A stretch of 64,000 nucleotides of DNA, taken from contig JBHLLG010000003.1 of the NCBI GenBank assembly GCA_048885925.1, positions 1-64,000 of the forward strand, in the 5' to 3' direction. The position numbers and the translations under genes were made by a program. Within the stretch, counting starts at the first letter, position 1. Each line of letters starts with the position of its first letter. The stretch comes from Candidatus Hermodarchaeota archaeon. GTDB lineage: Archaea > Asgardarchaeota > Lokiarchaeia > Sigyniarchaeales > SOKP01. Positions 1 to 10,377 of the stretch are shown piece after piece. The notes under the pieces were generated by a model that saw only the letters and a program-made list of their open reading frames with translations, was not told the DNA's origin and did not search any database.

Positions 1-137
1 AAAAATTTCTGAGAAACTTAATAAACCTATTTGAATTTGAAAATTAAAAAGTAATAAATTATAATGTAATTTCTTAACATGTAATAAAGAAATTTGGAAT
101 GAGATAAATTATTCATTATTTTTTGAGTTGAGCTAAT

Positions 138-752
138 GTGTCTTTAAGGAAAAAAAAAACTGAAATAGTTAAAAAAGAAAAAAGAAACCTATTTATTATA
201 TCAGCTCTCTCTGTTTTTGAAGAGAAGGGATTTAATAATGCTCGCGTAAAAGATATTACAAAAAAGGCAGGAACCTCTGTAGGAAATTTTTATAACTATT
301 TTAAAAGTAAAGAGGAAGTGTTCGAGGTAATAATTAGTGGAATAGCTGAACTTATGATAAGTAAATTTAGAGAGTTATTTGTTTATTTTAAAGAAAATAG
401 ACTCCCGCCAATCTCTGCTGTTAAAAATCTATTTCGAGGATATGCAAGAATTTTTAGAGCAAAAAGAGAGACATTTCTCATTTTTTTTGAGCAAATGGGA
501 GGGATAAATGTAAAATATAGAACAAAAAGAAATGAGATCCTTGACAATTTTACAAATGAAGTAGAAAAAATTATTTTAAAATTAATAGAATTCGGAGCTC
601 GTGAACAGAATACCAAGTTATCAGCTAGAGTTTGGACGTCTACGGTACTTGGAGTTTTCATTTGGTGGATTCGGAGCGATTTTGAGTTGGAAGAGGAAGA
701 ACTTGTTAAAAATTTAACGGATTTTCTTGTTAGAGGGACGATGACTAAATAA
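138..752 (+). CDS. TetR/AcrR family transcriptional regulator
   Basis: N-terminal HTH pattern ALSVFEEKGFNNARVKDITKKAGTSVGNFYNYFKSKEE. Confidence 0.92.
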   Translation: MSLRKKKTEIVKKEKRNLFIISALSVFEEKGFNNARVKDITKKAGTSVGNFYNYFKSKEEVFEVIISGIAELMISKFRELFVYFKENRLPPISAVKNLFRGYARIFRAKRETFLIFFEQMGGINVKYRTKRNEILDNFTNEVEKIILKLIEFGAREQNTKLSARVWTSTVLGVFIWWIRSDFELEEEELVKNLTDFLVRGTMTK

Positions 753-964
753 GTATAAATTGTCTTACGGTAGTTTTTATTAATGGGGTCATTTTTCCTT
801 AAAGTGCTCTTTTTTTGCGATCTTGCTTACTTTTCCACTAGGTTTTATTTAGAATTTCTAATACTAATAAATGAATAAATTTTTGCAATAGTTATAGTTA
901 TAAACAATAAATTCAAATTATACTTGGAGAATTATCTTTTTATTATTATTGGGCTTGAAATAAA

Positions 965-1915
965 ATGAAGAGAATTATAGATGACAAAACCTACTTGAGT
1001 TATCTTTTACAATCGTTAAATGTTGATGATTTAAAAGAAATATGCCGAGGTTTTGATATAAAAGGATTTTCTAAGTTAAAGAAATCAGAACTTACTGATT
1101 TTATCCTTGATTCATTGGCAGAAGAGGAATATAAAGAATTATTAAAGCAGAAAGAAATGGAAATAATATCTGAGGGAATAGATTTAGCAATAAAAAAGAT
1201 TAATGGTGAAGATAGAGAAAGTGTAACAGATATTCGAATTGTAAACCCAAAAAATCATGAAATTGAGTTATCATTTAAAGGTTTTAATTGGGAAGTGCAA
1301 TCTTTTTTATCAATTACTCAGAAGAACATTCAAAACCCTGAACGTGATTGTGATTGTCGAATAGGATCAAATATGGGTTTTTGTAGTCATTTTTGGATTG
1401 GGTTCATCTATTCTTTAAAACAAAAATGGTTTAAAATTAGAGATTGGAATTTAACTATTTTACCTGAGAATTTTGAAAAAAAAATCGAAACCATTAAACT
1501 GTTGGAAGCCCAAGTGGGGGAAAAAGGCGAGAAAATTAAAGATTCTGCAGTTTTAATTGATGAAACTTCATCTGGTGCTAAATTAATGAAATATATGGAT
1601 TCCTCGATCGTTGTATATGATAGTGAAATTATGCAGATTCTTGAGAGAGAATCTGAATTTCAGGGAAATATTACAAGATATTTTATGGCTTCAGTTAAAA
1701 ATGTTAGATTCGGTCCTAAATTAAAAAAAGCAAGTAATTTTCGAGAAGAGGATCTCGAGGATATTGAAGGATTAAAAGTAAGAATTAGCGAAAAATTACA
1801 GAGTGAAAATAGTTTTAAAGTGGGAGATAAAATCAAATTTAACGGTAAATTGAATAAAGATAATTTTTGGGGTTATCTCGTAAAGAATGTAAGAAAGATT
1901 GAAAAAATCAAATAA
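965..1915 (+). CDS. Hypothetical nucleic-acid-binding protein (HEH/Rho_N-like, SWIM zinc finger, possible OB fold)
   Basis: LNVDDLKEICRGFDIKGFSKLKKSEL (HEH-like); CDC-x8-CSH SWIM pattern; C-terminal FKVGDKIKFNGKL beta-rich segment. Confidence 0.6.
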   Translation: MKRIIDDKTYLSYLLQSLNVDDLKEICRGFDIKGFSKLKKSELTDFILDSLAEEEYKELLKQKEMEIISEGIDLAIKKINGEDRESVTDIRIVNPKNHEIELSFKGFNWEVQSFLSITQKNIQNPERDCDCRIGSNMGFCSHFWIGFIYSLKQKWFKIRDWNLTILPENFEKKIETIKLLEAQVGEKGEKIKDSAVLIDETSSGAKLMKYMDSSIVVYDSEIMQILERESEFQGNITRYFMASVKNVRFGPKLKKASNFREEDLEDIEGLKVRISEKLQSENSFKVGDKIKFNGKLNKDNFWGYLVKNVRKIEKIK

Positions 1916-1984
1916 TTACTTTAATAAAATTTTAACTTAATCCTAGTTTTTTTTTTAATATTTCAGTTTATTTTATAATTAAAT

Positions 1985-2845
1985 ATGTTTAATCTAATGA
2001 AAGATAAAGTTTGCATTGTCACTGGTGCAAATTCAGGAATAGGTAAAGCAACTGCATTGGGATTAGCAAAATTAGGAGCAACTATTATAATGGTCAGCCG
2101 TAATAAAGAACGTGGTGAAGTTGCACAAACTGAAATTATAAATAAAAGTGAAAATACGTTAGTTGATTTATTCATAGCTGATCTTTCCTTACAACAATCT
2201 ATTCAAAAGTTTGCTTCAGAATTTAAAAAAAAATATAATAAATTGCATGTTTTAATAAATAACGCAGGAATTAATCCTACCAAACGTAGATTAACTCCAG
2301 AGGGAATAGAAGAAACATTTGCAGTTAATGTTTTAGCCCCTTTTTTATTAACAAATTTATTACTAGATATTTTAAAAGCGAGTAAACCGGCAAGAATAAT
2401 AAATGTTGCATCTGCAGTACATAGTAAAAAAATTAATTTTAATAATCTTCAAGGTGAGAAACGTTTCATCCACTGGAAAGTATATGCCCAATCAAAAGTA
2501 GCTTTAATATTAATAACTTATGAATTTGCTAGAAGACTAATGAATTCTGGGATAACTGTGAACTGTCTTCACCCTGGAGGAGTGAAAACGAATATTATGA
2601 GGGATTATAAAGGTTTTGTAAAATTCTTTGGAAAATTATTCTTTAGTTTCGCAAAAAGCCCGCAAGAGGGAGCAGAAACTTCAATTTATCTTGCATCATC
2701 ACCAGATGTTGAAAATATAAGTGGAAAATATTTTATAGATAAAGAAGAAGCTAAATCAAAAGATATTACTTATGATGAGTTAATTGCTAAAAAACTATGG
2801 GACGCTAGTGTTAAATTAACAAATGTAGATCTCGATATTAATTAA
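1985..2845 (+). CDS. SDR oxidoreductase (retinol dehydrogenase-like)
   Basis: TGANSGIG, NNAG, YAQSK (YxxxK) motifs. Confidence 0.93.
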   Translation: MFNLMKDKVCIVTGANSGIGKATALGLAKLGATIIMVSRNKERGEVAQTEIINKSENTLVDLFIADLSLQQSIQKFASEFKKKYNKLHVLINNAGINPTKRRLTPEGIEETFAVNVLAPFLLTNLLLDILKASKPARIINVASAVHSKKINFNNLQGEKRFIHWKVYAQSKVALILITYEFARRLMNSGITVNCLHPGGVKTNIMRDYKGFVKFFGKLFFSFAKSPQEGAETSIYLASSPDVENISGKYFIDKEEAKSKDITYDELIAKKLWDASVKLTNVDLDIN

Positions 2846-2868
2846 ATTCTAAACAAGGAGAAAAAATT

Positions 2869-4248
2869 TTAAGGATACATGAGTTTCAGCGAATTTGTAA
2901 GATCTTGTAATTTTTCTGAGATTTTAAAATTAAAAACATGAACATTCTCGAGTTTTTTATACAATTCAGGTAATCTTTTAATATTTTTTAAATAAAACAC
3001 TTGAATCTCATCTATATTTGGTAATTTAAATACTAATTTACCATTCTTCATAATTGGTATTAATAATTCTTCAGAGTTAGAAGGAGGAGTCTCATCTTCA
3101 AGTGCCAATATGTCTTCTTTAAAAATGTCATCTTTATCATAAATTCTGTACACTTGTTTTTTTCCCGGATATGTCAATTTTTCTTCACTTGTTTTTATTC
3201 TTGGTTTATTATTATATTCCATTAATTTATATACACCTGCTAAAGTTGGATCATCACGAGAGGTTGCTAATTCGGTGCCTACTCCAAAAGCATCGATAGG
3301 AGCTTTCTGATCTATAATCTCCTTTATTTTATATTCATTTAAATCTGAACTTGCTACAATTATAACTTTTTGACATCCATTTTCATCCAAAATTTTTCGT
3401 ACTTTTCTAGCGTGTTCAATAAGATCACCAGAATCAATTCTAACGCCGCTTATATTATTACCATACTTACAGGATTTCTTAGCACCTTTTTCAGTATTAT
3501 ATGTATCTATTAAAAGTATTGAGTCTTTACCATATATTTTATAGTACGAATCGAAACTCTTATGCTCAATATCAAATTTTTGAACAAAACTATGAGCCAT
3601 TGTACCACTAGAGTTAATTCCTAATTCAAGATCCGCAACTGCATTACTAGTACCATTAAAACCTGCAATATAACTTGCTCTAGCCGCATATACACCAGCT
3701 AGTGGACTATGAGATCTCCTTGTGCCAAATTCAAGAAGAACCTTATTTGGAGCTATATTTTTAATTCTTGATGCTTTTGACGCAACTAGCGTTTGATAAT
3801 TTATTACATTAAGTAAATAGGTTTCTGCAACCTGAGCGTGAAATAATGGTCCTTGTACTCTCAATATTGGTTCATTTGGAAAGAAAAAATTACCTTCCTT
3901 CATAGCCCAGACATCAAGCTTAAATTTGAAATTAGGAAGATAATCATCGAAAAAACTTGGATCAATATTTTTAAAGACAGCTTTACTCCTCAAAAATTTT
4001 ATTGTTCGCTCAGTAAATCTAGCATTTAATAAATAGTGAATTGCTTGTTCTAACCCAGCAAAAATTAAATAATTGCGATTTCTGGGTAATTGTCGAATAA
4101 ATAGTTCAAAAGCAGCAATATCGTCTGTTTCATTAATATTATTTTCAAGGTTATATTGATAATACGCTGCCCCCATTGTTAATTGATAAAAATCAGTTGC
4201 AAGAATCATATTCAAATCATTTACAAAACCAGAGTTCATAATAGTCAC
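2869..4248 (-). CDS. pncB: Nicotinate phosphoribosyltransferase
   Basis: TDFYQLTM, EFGTRR, GTMAHSF, RIDSGD, FGVGT motifs. Confidence 0.95.
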   Translation of the reverse strand: MTIMNSGFVNDLNMILATDFYQLTMGAAYYQYNLENNINETDDIAAFELFIRQLPRNRNYLIFAGLEQAIHYLLNARFTERTIKFLRSKAVFKNIDPSFFDDYLPNFKFKLDVWAMKEGNFFFPNEPILRVQGPLFHAQVAETYLLNVINYQTLVASKASRIKNIAPNKVLLEFGTRRSHSPLAGVYAARASYIAGFNGTSNAVADLELGINSSGTMAHSFVQKFDIEHKSFDSYYKIYGKDSILLIDTYNTEKGAKKSCKYGNNISGVRIDSGDLIEHARKVRKILDENGCQKVIIVASSDLNEYKIKEIIDQKAPIDAFGVGTELATSRDDPTLAGVYKLMEYNNKPRIKTSEEKLTYPGKKQVYRIYDKDDIFKEDILALEDETPPSNSEELLIPIMKNGKLVFKLPNIDEIQVFYLKNIKRLPELYKKLENVHVFNFKISEKLQDLTNSLKLMYP

Positions 4249-4410
4249 TTTAATTCGTTGTATTTTCTAATACTATTATGTAATTAGTTTGTTTATTTAA
4301 TTTTAAAGATTATTTCAAATTATACATTGAAGTATTAAGAAAATAATATAATTATGTAAAGAATTTATGATAAAATTATGTTAAATTTATTGTAAATTAA
4401 AATGATTTAA

Positions 4411-5241
4411 ATGAAAAGAAACAACCTTAAGGAAATTGATAAGATTAGGAAAAAATGGAATAACCGTGCTAAAACTTATGATGATTTCTATAAAACATTT
4501 AGAGGAGCAGTTGAAAGTAATGTTGATTGGGAATTATTAAGAAAGTATTTACCGAAAAGTAAAGAAGCTAAGATTTTAGATGCCGCAGGTGGAACAGGGA
4601 GAATTAGTTTAACTTTAGCAAAAATGGGCTATTCAATTACTTTATGTGATATAGCTCCTGAAATGTTAGCTTTAGCAAAAAAAAAAATGCTTAAAGAGGG
4701 AGTTACTGATAAGGTAAAGATTTTAGAATGCAATGTGAGCAATCTTCAATTTGATGATGAAAGTTTTGACTTTGTTATGTGCTGGGATGGAATGGTTGAT
4801 CAATTTGTTATAAAAGAATTAATAAGGGTTACTAAAAAGGGAGGTTTAGTTTCAATATATCTCAATAACAAATGGGCAAAATTCATAAAAAAGTTCTACG
4901 AAAATCCAAAAAACACTCTTGAGTTAATCGATTCCCAACCTAATTTTATAGGAGAGCAAAAGAAGAAACATTTCAGTCCAGAAGAAGCTAGGAATCTATT
5001 TGAGAGAGAGGGAATCAAAATTCTTGATATATATGGAGTCTGTCATTGGGCAAAAATTTTGAATATACCAGATGAGATTCAAGAAGCGAAAAATTGGGAT
5101 AATATCTTTTTTAAACAAACAACTAAAATGTTTCTAAAATTGAGTAATGAACCTTCTGTCAAAGGAATATCAAAACATCTAATAGTATTTGGAAAAAAAA
5201 ATAACTCCAAAATTAAAATAAGAAATTTTCAAAAATTCTAA
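4411..5241 (+). CDS. Class I SAM-dependent methyltransferase
   Basis: ILDAAGGTG motif I; FDDESFDFV. Confidence 0.88.
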   Translation: MKRNNLKEIDKIRKKWNNRAKTYDDFYKTFRGAVESNVDWELLRKYLPKSKEAKILDAAGGTGRISLTLAKMGYSITLCDIAPEMLALAKKKMLKEGVTDKVKILECNVSNLQFDDESFDFVMCWDGMVDQFVIKELIRVTKKGGLVSIYLNNKWAKFIKKFYENPKNTLELIDSQPNFIGEQKKKHFSPEEARNLFEREGIKILDIYGVCHWAKILNIPDEIQEAKNWDNIFFKQTTKMFLKLSNEPSVKGISKHLIVFGKKNNSKIKIRNFQKF

Positions 5242-5395
5242 ACTGGCATAAAATGTTAATAGAGAAGGATAACGTGTAATTTTGCAGTTTATTTACAAAT
5301 CATATTATCAAAAGTGGGAAAAGTAGAAAAATCTTTAAAAGTCTTTATATAAATAGTTATTTTAATAAAACATTAAAATTTGGAGAACACAAAAA

Positions 5396-7135
5396 ATGTA
5401 CCATTTAGACGACGATGAGTACTTAAATGTACCATATTATAGAAAAACAAGGAGTGTTTGTCCGGAATGTTTAGAACCAATCGATGCTGAAGTTTATGAA
5501 GAAGATGACCAAATTTGGATGAGGAAAACATGTGAAGAACATGGTCATTTTAAAGATAAACTTAGCTCAAGTGCTAAATATTATAAATGGACTCATTGGG
5601 CTATAAAAGATAAAGATGGAAATGTAGTATGGCAATTTGATAAAGATGGAGAAGCGAATCCTCCTGACTGTGTTGGTGATGACCCAAGAGGATGTCCCTA
5701 TAATTGTGGACTATGTGATCAACATCTCTCAACTTGTTCATTAGCCTTAATAGATCTAACAAATCGTTGTAATTTTAACTGTAATTTTTGTTATGCTAAT
5801 GTTTTACAATCAGGATACTTAGTCGAACCAACTTTAGAAGAAATTGATAGAATCATGAAGCATTTCAGGAACAAACCAATTCCCGCTGTTGCTATTATGT
5901 TTACTGGTGGTGAGCCAACAGTAAGAAAAGATTTTCCTGAAATCTGTAAAATGGCAAAAGACAATGGATTTAAAGAAGTTATTGTTGCCACTAATGGTTA
6001 TGGTTTTCAAAAGAAAAATGGAGGCCTTGATTGGACTAAGAAAGTGAAAGAAGCTGGTTTAGATACTCTTTACTTCCAATTTGACGGAATTAACAATATT
6101 ACTTATGAAAAGACTCGTGGAATTAAAAATTTGATGCCTTATAAACAACGAGTTATAGAAAACTGTCGTAAAGCGGGTTTAGATTCTATTGTATTGGTTG
6201 CTACAATTGCTAAGGGAGTTACAGATATTGAAGTTGGCAATATTATTCAATATGCTATTGATAATGTTGATGTCGTTCGGGGAATAACGTTTCAACCTGT
6301 TTCGCTATGTGGACGTATTGCTTTCGAAGAACGTGAAGAACTAAGAATTACCAATGCGGATGTACTTAAAATCATAGAGAAGCAAACCGCAGGTAAGATT
6401 AGTATGGAAAATGCATGGTATCCATTAACGACAATCGTAGAATTCGGCAGGGTTATAGCATATTTAGCTGATGTAGAGCCAATTGAATTCACTTGCCATC
6501 CAGACTGCGGTTTTGCTAGTTACATGGTAGTAGATCCCGATAGTGGCGAAATGATGCCTATTATGGAATATTTTGATCCTCTAAAAGTAATCGATTTTGC
6601 TAACCGTTTTTGGGCTAAAATCAAACATAAAGAAAATAAACAACTTCGAGTGTTTGAAGATTTATTAGGAGATTTTGGTAAAACGCTTGATAAAGGTCTA
6701 AACTTTTTAGATAAGACACAATTGCGTGCGCGGTTCCTTTTAGGTGTATTACAATATATGAAGAAACCCGGAAAACTCATGGAAATGTTTTCAAGGCTTT
6801 TAATGCGCGGTGATTGGGAGAGCGTGAGCTCTTTTAGCTATGGGGCGTTATTACTCTCTAGCATGCATTTCCAAGACGCTTATAATATGGATCTTGAAAG
6901 GGCGAAGAGATGCATAGTGCATTTTGGCATTGCAATGCCTGATCAAAGCGTAAAGGAGATTAGTTTTTGTACGATGAACTCAATTCATAGACCTATTATT
7001 GAAAAACAAATAGCAAAGCAAGTTACGGCTAAAGTAAGAAATGAATTTGATACAACTACGGGTCAAGCAGTAGAGGAAGTTGAACAATTAGTTGCGCGAA
7101 ATGGAGGAATTAACAAGAGTGAGGAGGAGGAGTAA
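5396..7135 (+). CDS. tes: Radical SAM tetraether lipid synthase (Tes/GDGT-MAS, MJ0619 family) homologue
   Basis: CPEC...CEEH, CPYNCGLCDQH, CNFNCNFC radical SAM motif, TGGEPT, CHPDC and C-terminal C...FC cluster ligands. Confidence 0.85.
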   Translation: MYHLDDDEYLNVPYYRKTRSVCPECLEPIDAEVYEEDDQIWMRKTCEEHGHFKDKLSSSAKYYKWTHWAIKDKDGNVVWQFDKDGEANPPDCVGDDPRGCPYNCGLCDQHLSTCSLALIDLTNRCNFNCNFCYANVLQSGYLVEPTLEEIDRIMKHFRNKPIPAVAIMFTGGEPTVRKDFPEICKMAKDNGFKEVIVATNGYGFQKKNGGLDWTKKVKEAGLDTLYFQFDGINNITYEKTRGIKNLMPYKQRVIENCRKAGLDSIVLVATIAKGVTDIEVGNIIQYAIDNVDVVRGITFQPVSLCGRIAFEEREELRITNADVLKIIEKQTAGKISMENAWYPLTTIVEFGRVIAYLADVEPIEFTCHPDCGFASYMVVDPDSGEMMPIMEYFDPLKVIDFANRFWAKIKHKENKQLRVFEDLLGDFGKTLDKGLNFLDKTQLRARFLLGVLQYMKKPGKLMEMFSRLLMRGDWESVSSFSYGALLLSSMHFQDAYNMDLERAKRCIVHFGIAMPDQSVKEISFCTMNSIHRPIIEKQIAKQVTAKVRNEFDTTTGQAVEEVEQLVARNGGINKSEEEE

Positions 7136-7423
7136 ATGCCTGAAGAATTAGTCGAAGATAAAGATGGAATGAAAATTCGTAAATTAGCAGAACTAAGAAC
7201 AGTTACGAATAAAGATTATGAAGAAGCTATGATTAGACGAGTCGATGAATTTAAGGAGAAAAAACAAGAAAAATCCCAGTTCAACGACGTCCTTCAAAAC
7301 ACTTTTTTTAAAGCGTTAAGTACTGCGTTAGATTTAAAAGTCCAAGTTGATAAGGCTCTTGGAGAAGATAATTTAAAGAAGCTTCATAAAGCAATCGATG
7401 ATATTCTTTTATTAGGTTTATAA
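7136..7423 (+). CDS. Hypothetical helical protein, abutting tes
   Basis: ATG directly follows the tes TAA; GGAGGAGG lies just upstream inside tes. Confidence 0.7.
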   Translation: MPEELVEDKDGMKIRKLAELRTVTNKDYEEAMIRRVDEFKEKKQEKSQFNDVLQNTFFKALSTALDLKVQVDKALGEDNLKKLHKAIDDILLLGL

Positions 7424-7675
7424 TTTTATTTTACTATTTAATATTTTATTTATTATTCGTTTTCTTTGGTTTGAAATTATCATTTGCTATTTAGCAATTT
7501 GAGAAATCTTTGCTAGTCATAGCTCTTTTTACTCCCTTATTTAATACCATTTAATTTTTTCCCTTTTTTATATTTAATAAATAAAATTATAAATATTTGA
7601 AAATGAAAATATATTTCAAGCATTCTATTCTATTTTAGAAAGAATATTTTTGATAAATATGAGAAATAAATAATT

Positions 7676-8947
7676 ATGGCTGAAACGAATAATAAAAAAG
7701 GTAGAGCAGGTTCAAACTTTAAATATCTCATTTCTGTTTTAATGTTAGTTCAAATCCTTGATAGTTATGTAACATTATTTCCTGGTGCGATTCCTTCGGC
7801 AATTGCGGGTGAATTTCTAAGTGATAAATCAATAGTGGTTCAAAATTCTATTATGGCATTTGCAAATGGTCTTGTTTCGAGTGGTATGATGTTGTTATTT
7901 TTTAGTCAATATTTAACTGATAGGCTTGGAAGAAAGAAAATGTTAGGAATAAGCGTATTTGGCATGGCGATTGCATCATTAGGCATGTTCTTAGCAGTTA
8001 ATTTTGTTATGTACATGTTATTTGTGTTTGTCTTATATTTTTTCTTTAGCAGTGATATTTGGTTAATTTATATAAATGAAGAGGTTGAATCAAATAAACG
8101 TGCATTCTATTCCAATATTTTGTTAATGGTTGGCTTAGTTGGAGCAATATCCATGGTAATCTGTCGTCTAATTTTCATTAAGGAAGTTAATCCCTTTTGG
8201 AGAGGAATGACTTTACTTCCAATGATTATTGGATTTCCGTTATCCATAATCATTTTATCAACTCTAAAAGAGAGTTCAAGATATCAATTGATGAAAGAAA
8301 GTGGTATAAGAGAACAAAGATCCTTTAAGGAAGATTTATCATCCATTTTTAAAACAGAAAATCGGAAACCTTATTTATTTTTATTAGTTATAGTTTTTCT
8401 CAGAGGCGGATCATCGATATATTTGAGTTTATTTGAGAAGTATATAAATGATGTAGGATCTTTAACTCAAGATCAAGTTACAATGATTTTCCTTTTAACG
8501 GTGTTTACTGTTTTAATTGCTTATGCCCTAAATGGTTTTCTTGCTGATAGAATCGGAAGAAAACCGTTGTTATATCTTTGGTGTGCGTTAGCACCAATCT
8601 CTGTATTACTATGGGTATTTGGAGCATATAATACTGAAAATGCATTTCCTATCGTTATGGTTGGATATGCTATGAGTCATATAGCTTATTGGGGTTCTAT
8701 AGGGATTATTAGGCTTATTACGATTGAATCCCTCCCAACTGATAGAAGAGGGACTGGAGTTGGATTTAGAAGCTTTATTGGTGCTTTAGGAGGTACAATT
8801 GGGCTGTTATTGAGCAGTTTGGTTATTTTATCGTTGGGTTTAGGTTTTACGTTCATTATATTTGTAATGGGAAATTTGGTGGTTATACCATTGGCAGCTC
8901 TATTTCTTAAAGAGACAAAGGGTATTGAACTTTCTGAAATTAAATAA
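7676..8947 (+). CDS. MFS transporter
   Basis: LTDRLGRKK and LADRIGRKP MFS motif A; ~12 hydrophobic segments. Confidence 0.92.
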   Translation: MAETNNKKGRAGSNFKYLISVLMLVQILDSYVTLFPGAIPSAIAGEFLSDKSIVVQNSIMAFANGLVSSGMMLLFFSQYLTDRLGRKKMLGISVFGMAIASLGMFLAVNFVMYMLFVFVLYFFFSSDIWLIYINEEVESNKRAFYSNILLMVGLVGAISMVICRLIFIKEVNPFWRGMTLLPMIIGFPLSIIILSTLKESSRYQLMKESGIREQRSFKEDLSSIFKTENRKPYLFLLVIVFLRGGSSIYLSLFEKYINDVGSLTQDQVTMIFLLTVFTVLIAYALNGFLADRIGRKPLLYLWCALAPISVLLWVFGAYNTENAFPIVMVGYAMSHIAYWGSIGIIRLITIESLPTDRRGTGVGFRSFIGALGGTIGLLLSSLVILSLGLGFTFIIFVMGNLVVIPLAALFLKETKGIELSEIK

Positions 8948-9056
8948 CCTTTAACTTAAAATATTATTTTTTTATTTTTTTTAATTTCAAGTTTATACTA
9001 TTTTGAGGATTTTTTCATAACTTATTTTTAAAATCATAATTTAGATTAGTTATATT

Positions 9057-10142
9057 ATGGTTTATAACTGTCTTACATTACCTGTTACAATCTTTTATAT
9101 ATTAAACGGTTTTGTTCATCTTTACTATGCTTTTAGGTTAAAACAAAAATTTCCACAAGATCATAATTTTATTACTTCCCTTCTAATAGTGGTATTATGG
9201 ATTATTGCTGGAGTTTTATATCCCTTATTCTTTATAAGAGATACGAGTCAAGCGAGATGGTTTCAAGGACTAGCTCTTCAGATTATTTGTATATATGCTC
9301 CATTGCTAATTTTTGCTATTTTATATTATCAATATCAATTTGTGCTGAAGAAAAATCCAAATCTGAAAGGCCAAAGGACTATAAATAAGTTTGTAGATAA
9401 ATTTCCTTTAATGGATATAAAAAATCTCAACAATAGAAAAAATGCTTTGAAAACTGATTTTCATAGGAAAGCATTTCATTTATTACCCGCAGTAGTCATT
9501 ATTTTTCTATGGATTTTTGCTGTCTATATTTGGGAAAAAATATGGAATGCTGATGTATTTTGGGGAATCTCAGGGAAAGAATATGGTATATTTTTGATTT
9601 TAACAGTTGGTTACACAGGTATTATCATATTTGCTGCTTTAGATTACGTTCGCTTATCATATATATTCAATAAGAGTAGTATTTATCATCTGCTTCCAAC
9701 TTGTATTTCTAATACCCTTGGGAAAACTTTAAAGAAAAATGAGATTTATGAATTTACAAGACCAGTTGCTTTAGTTTTATCGCTCATACCCACCTTATTC
9801 CTTCCTTTTGGATTATTTACAGCCACGGCACTGATAGCTACATTAGGTGATGGTGCAGCATCAATATTTGGACTCAGATTTGGTAAAATTCATATTCCAA
9901 AGTCATCAAACAAAACTTTAATAGGATATGTTTCAGGATTTTTAGTATCTTTAGGAATTAGTTATTTAGTTTTATGGTTATTCGAACATCAATCTTTTAC
10001 ATTTCCTCAAATTATTATTATTGGATTAATTGGGGCATTAACGTTTTTAATTATTGATATTCTCAATCTTAAAGTCGATGATAATATTTTAAATCCAATT
10101 TTTTGTGGTTACTTAATGCTCCTAATATCAATGTTATTCTAA
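9057..10142 (+). CDS. Dolichol/phytol kinase-like membrane protein (CTP-dependent polyprenol kinase family)
   Basis: RKAFH, GDGAASIFG, KTLIG and DDN motifs. Confidence 0.8.
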   Translation: MVYNCLTLPVTIFYILNGFVHLYYAFRLKQKFPQDHNFITSLLIVVLWIIAGVLYPLFFIRDTSQARWFQGLALQIICIYAPLLIFAILYYQYQFVLKKNPNLKGQRTINKFVDKFPLMDIKNLNNRKNALKTDFHRKAFHLLPAVVIIFLWIFAVYIWEKIWNADVFWGISGKEYGIFLILTVGYTGIIIFAALDYVRLSYIFNKSSIYHLLPTCISNTLGKTLKKNEIYEFTRPVALVLSLIPTLFLPFGLFTATALIATLGDGAASIFGLRFGKIHIPKSSNKTLIGYVSGFLVSLGISYLVLWLFEHQSFTFPQIIIIGLIGALTFLIIDILNLKVDDNILNPIFCGYLMLLISMLF

Positions 10143-10377
10143 TTTCATACGTTTTATTAAAAATCTCAAAAATCGTTTATACTTTTTAGGCTTAAATCCA
10201 AGAAATCTAATAACTTTTTAAAAACAAATCAAATTTCAAGCCAATAGAATTAATTTATAAAAATAAATATATGAAATATACATATTAGTAATAAATCATT
10301 ATATATTTTATTTAAGCGGAATTTGATGAAAAACGTCAATAACTTAGTTTAAATGGTGATCTAAAATAGTAGATTCA

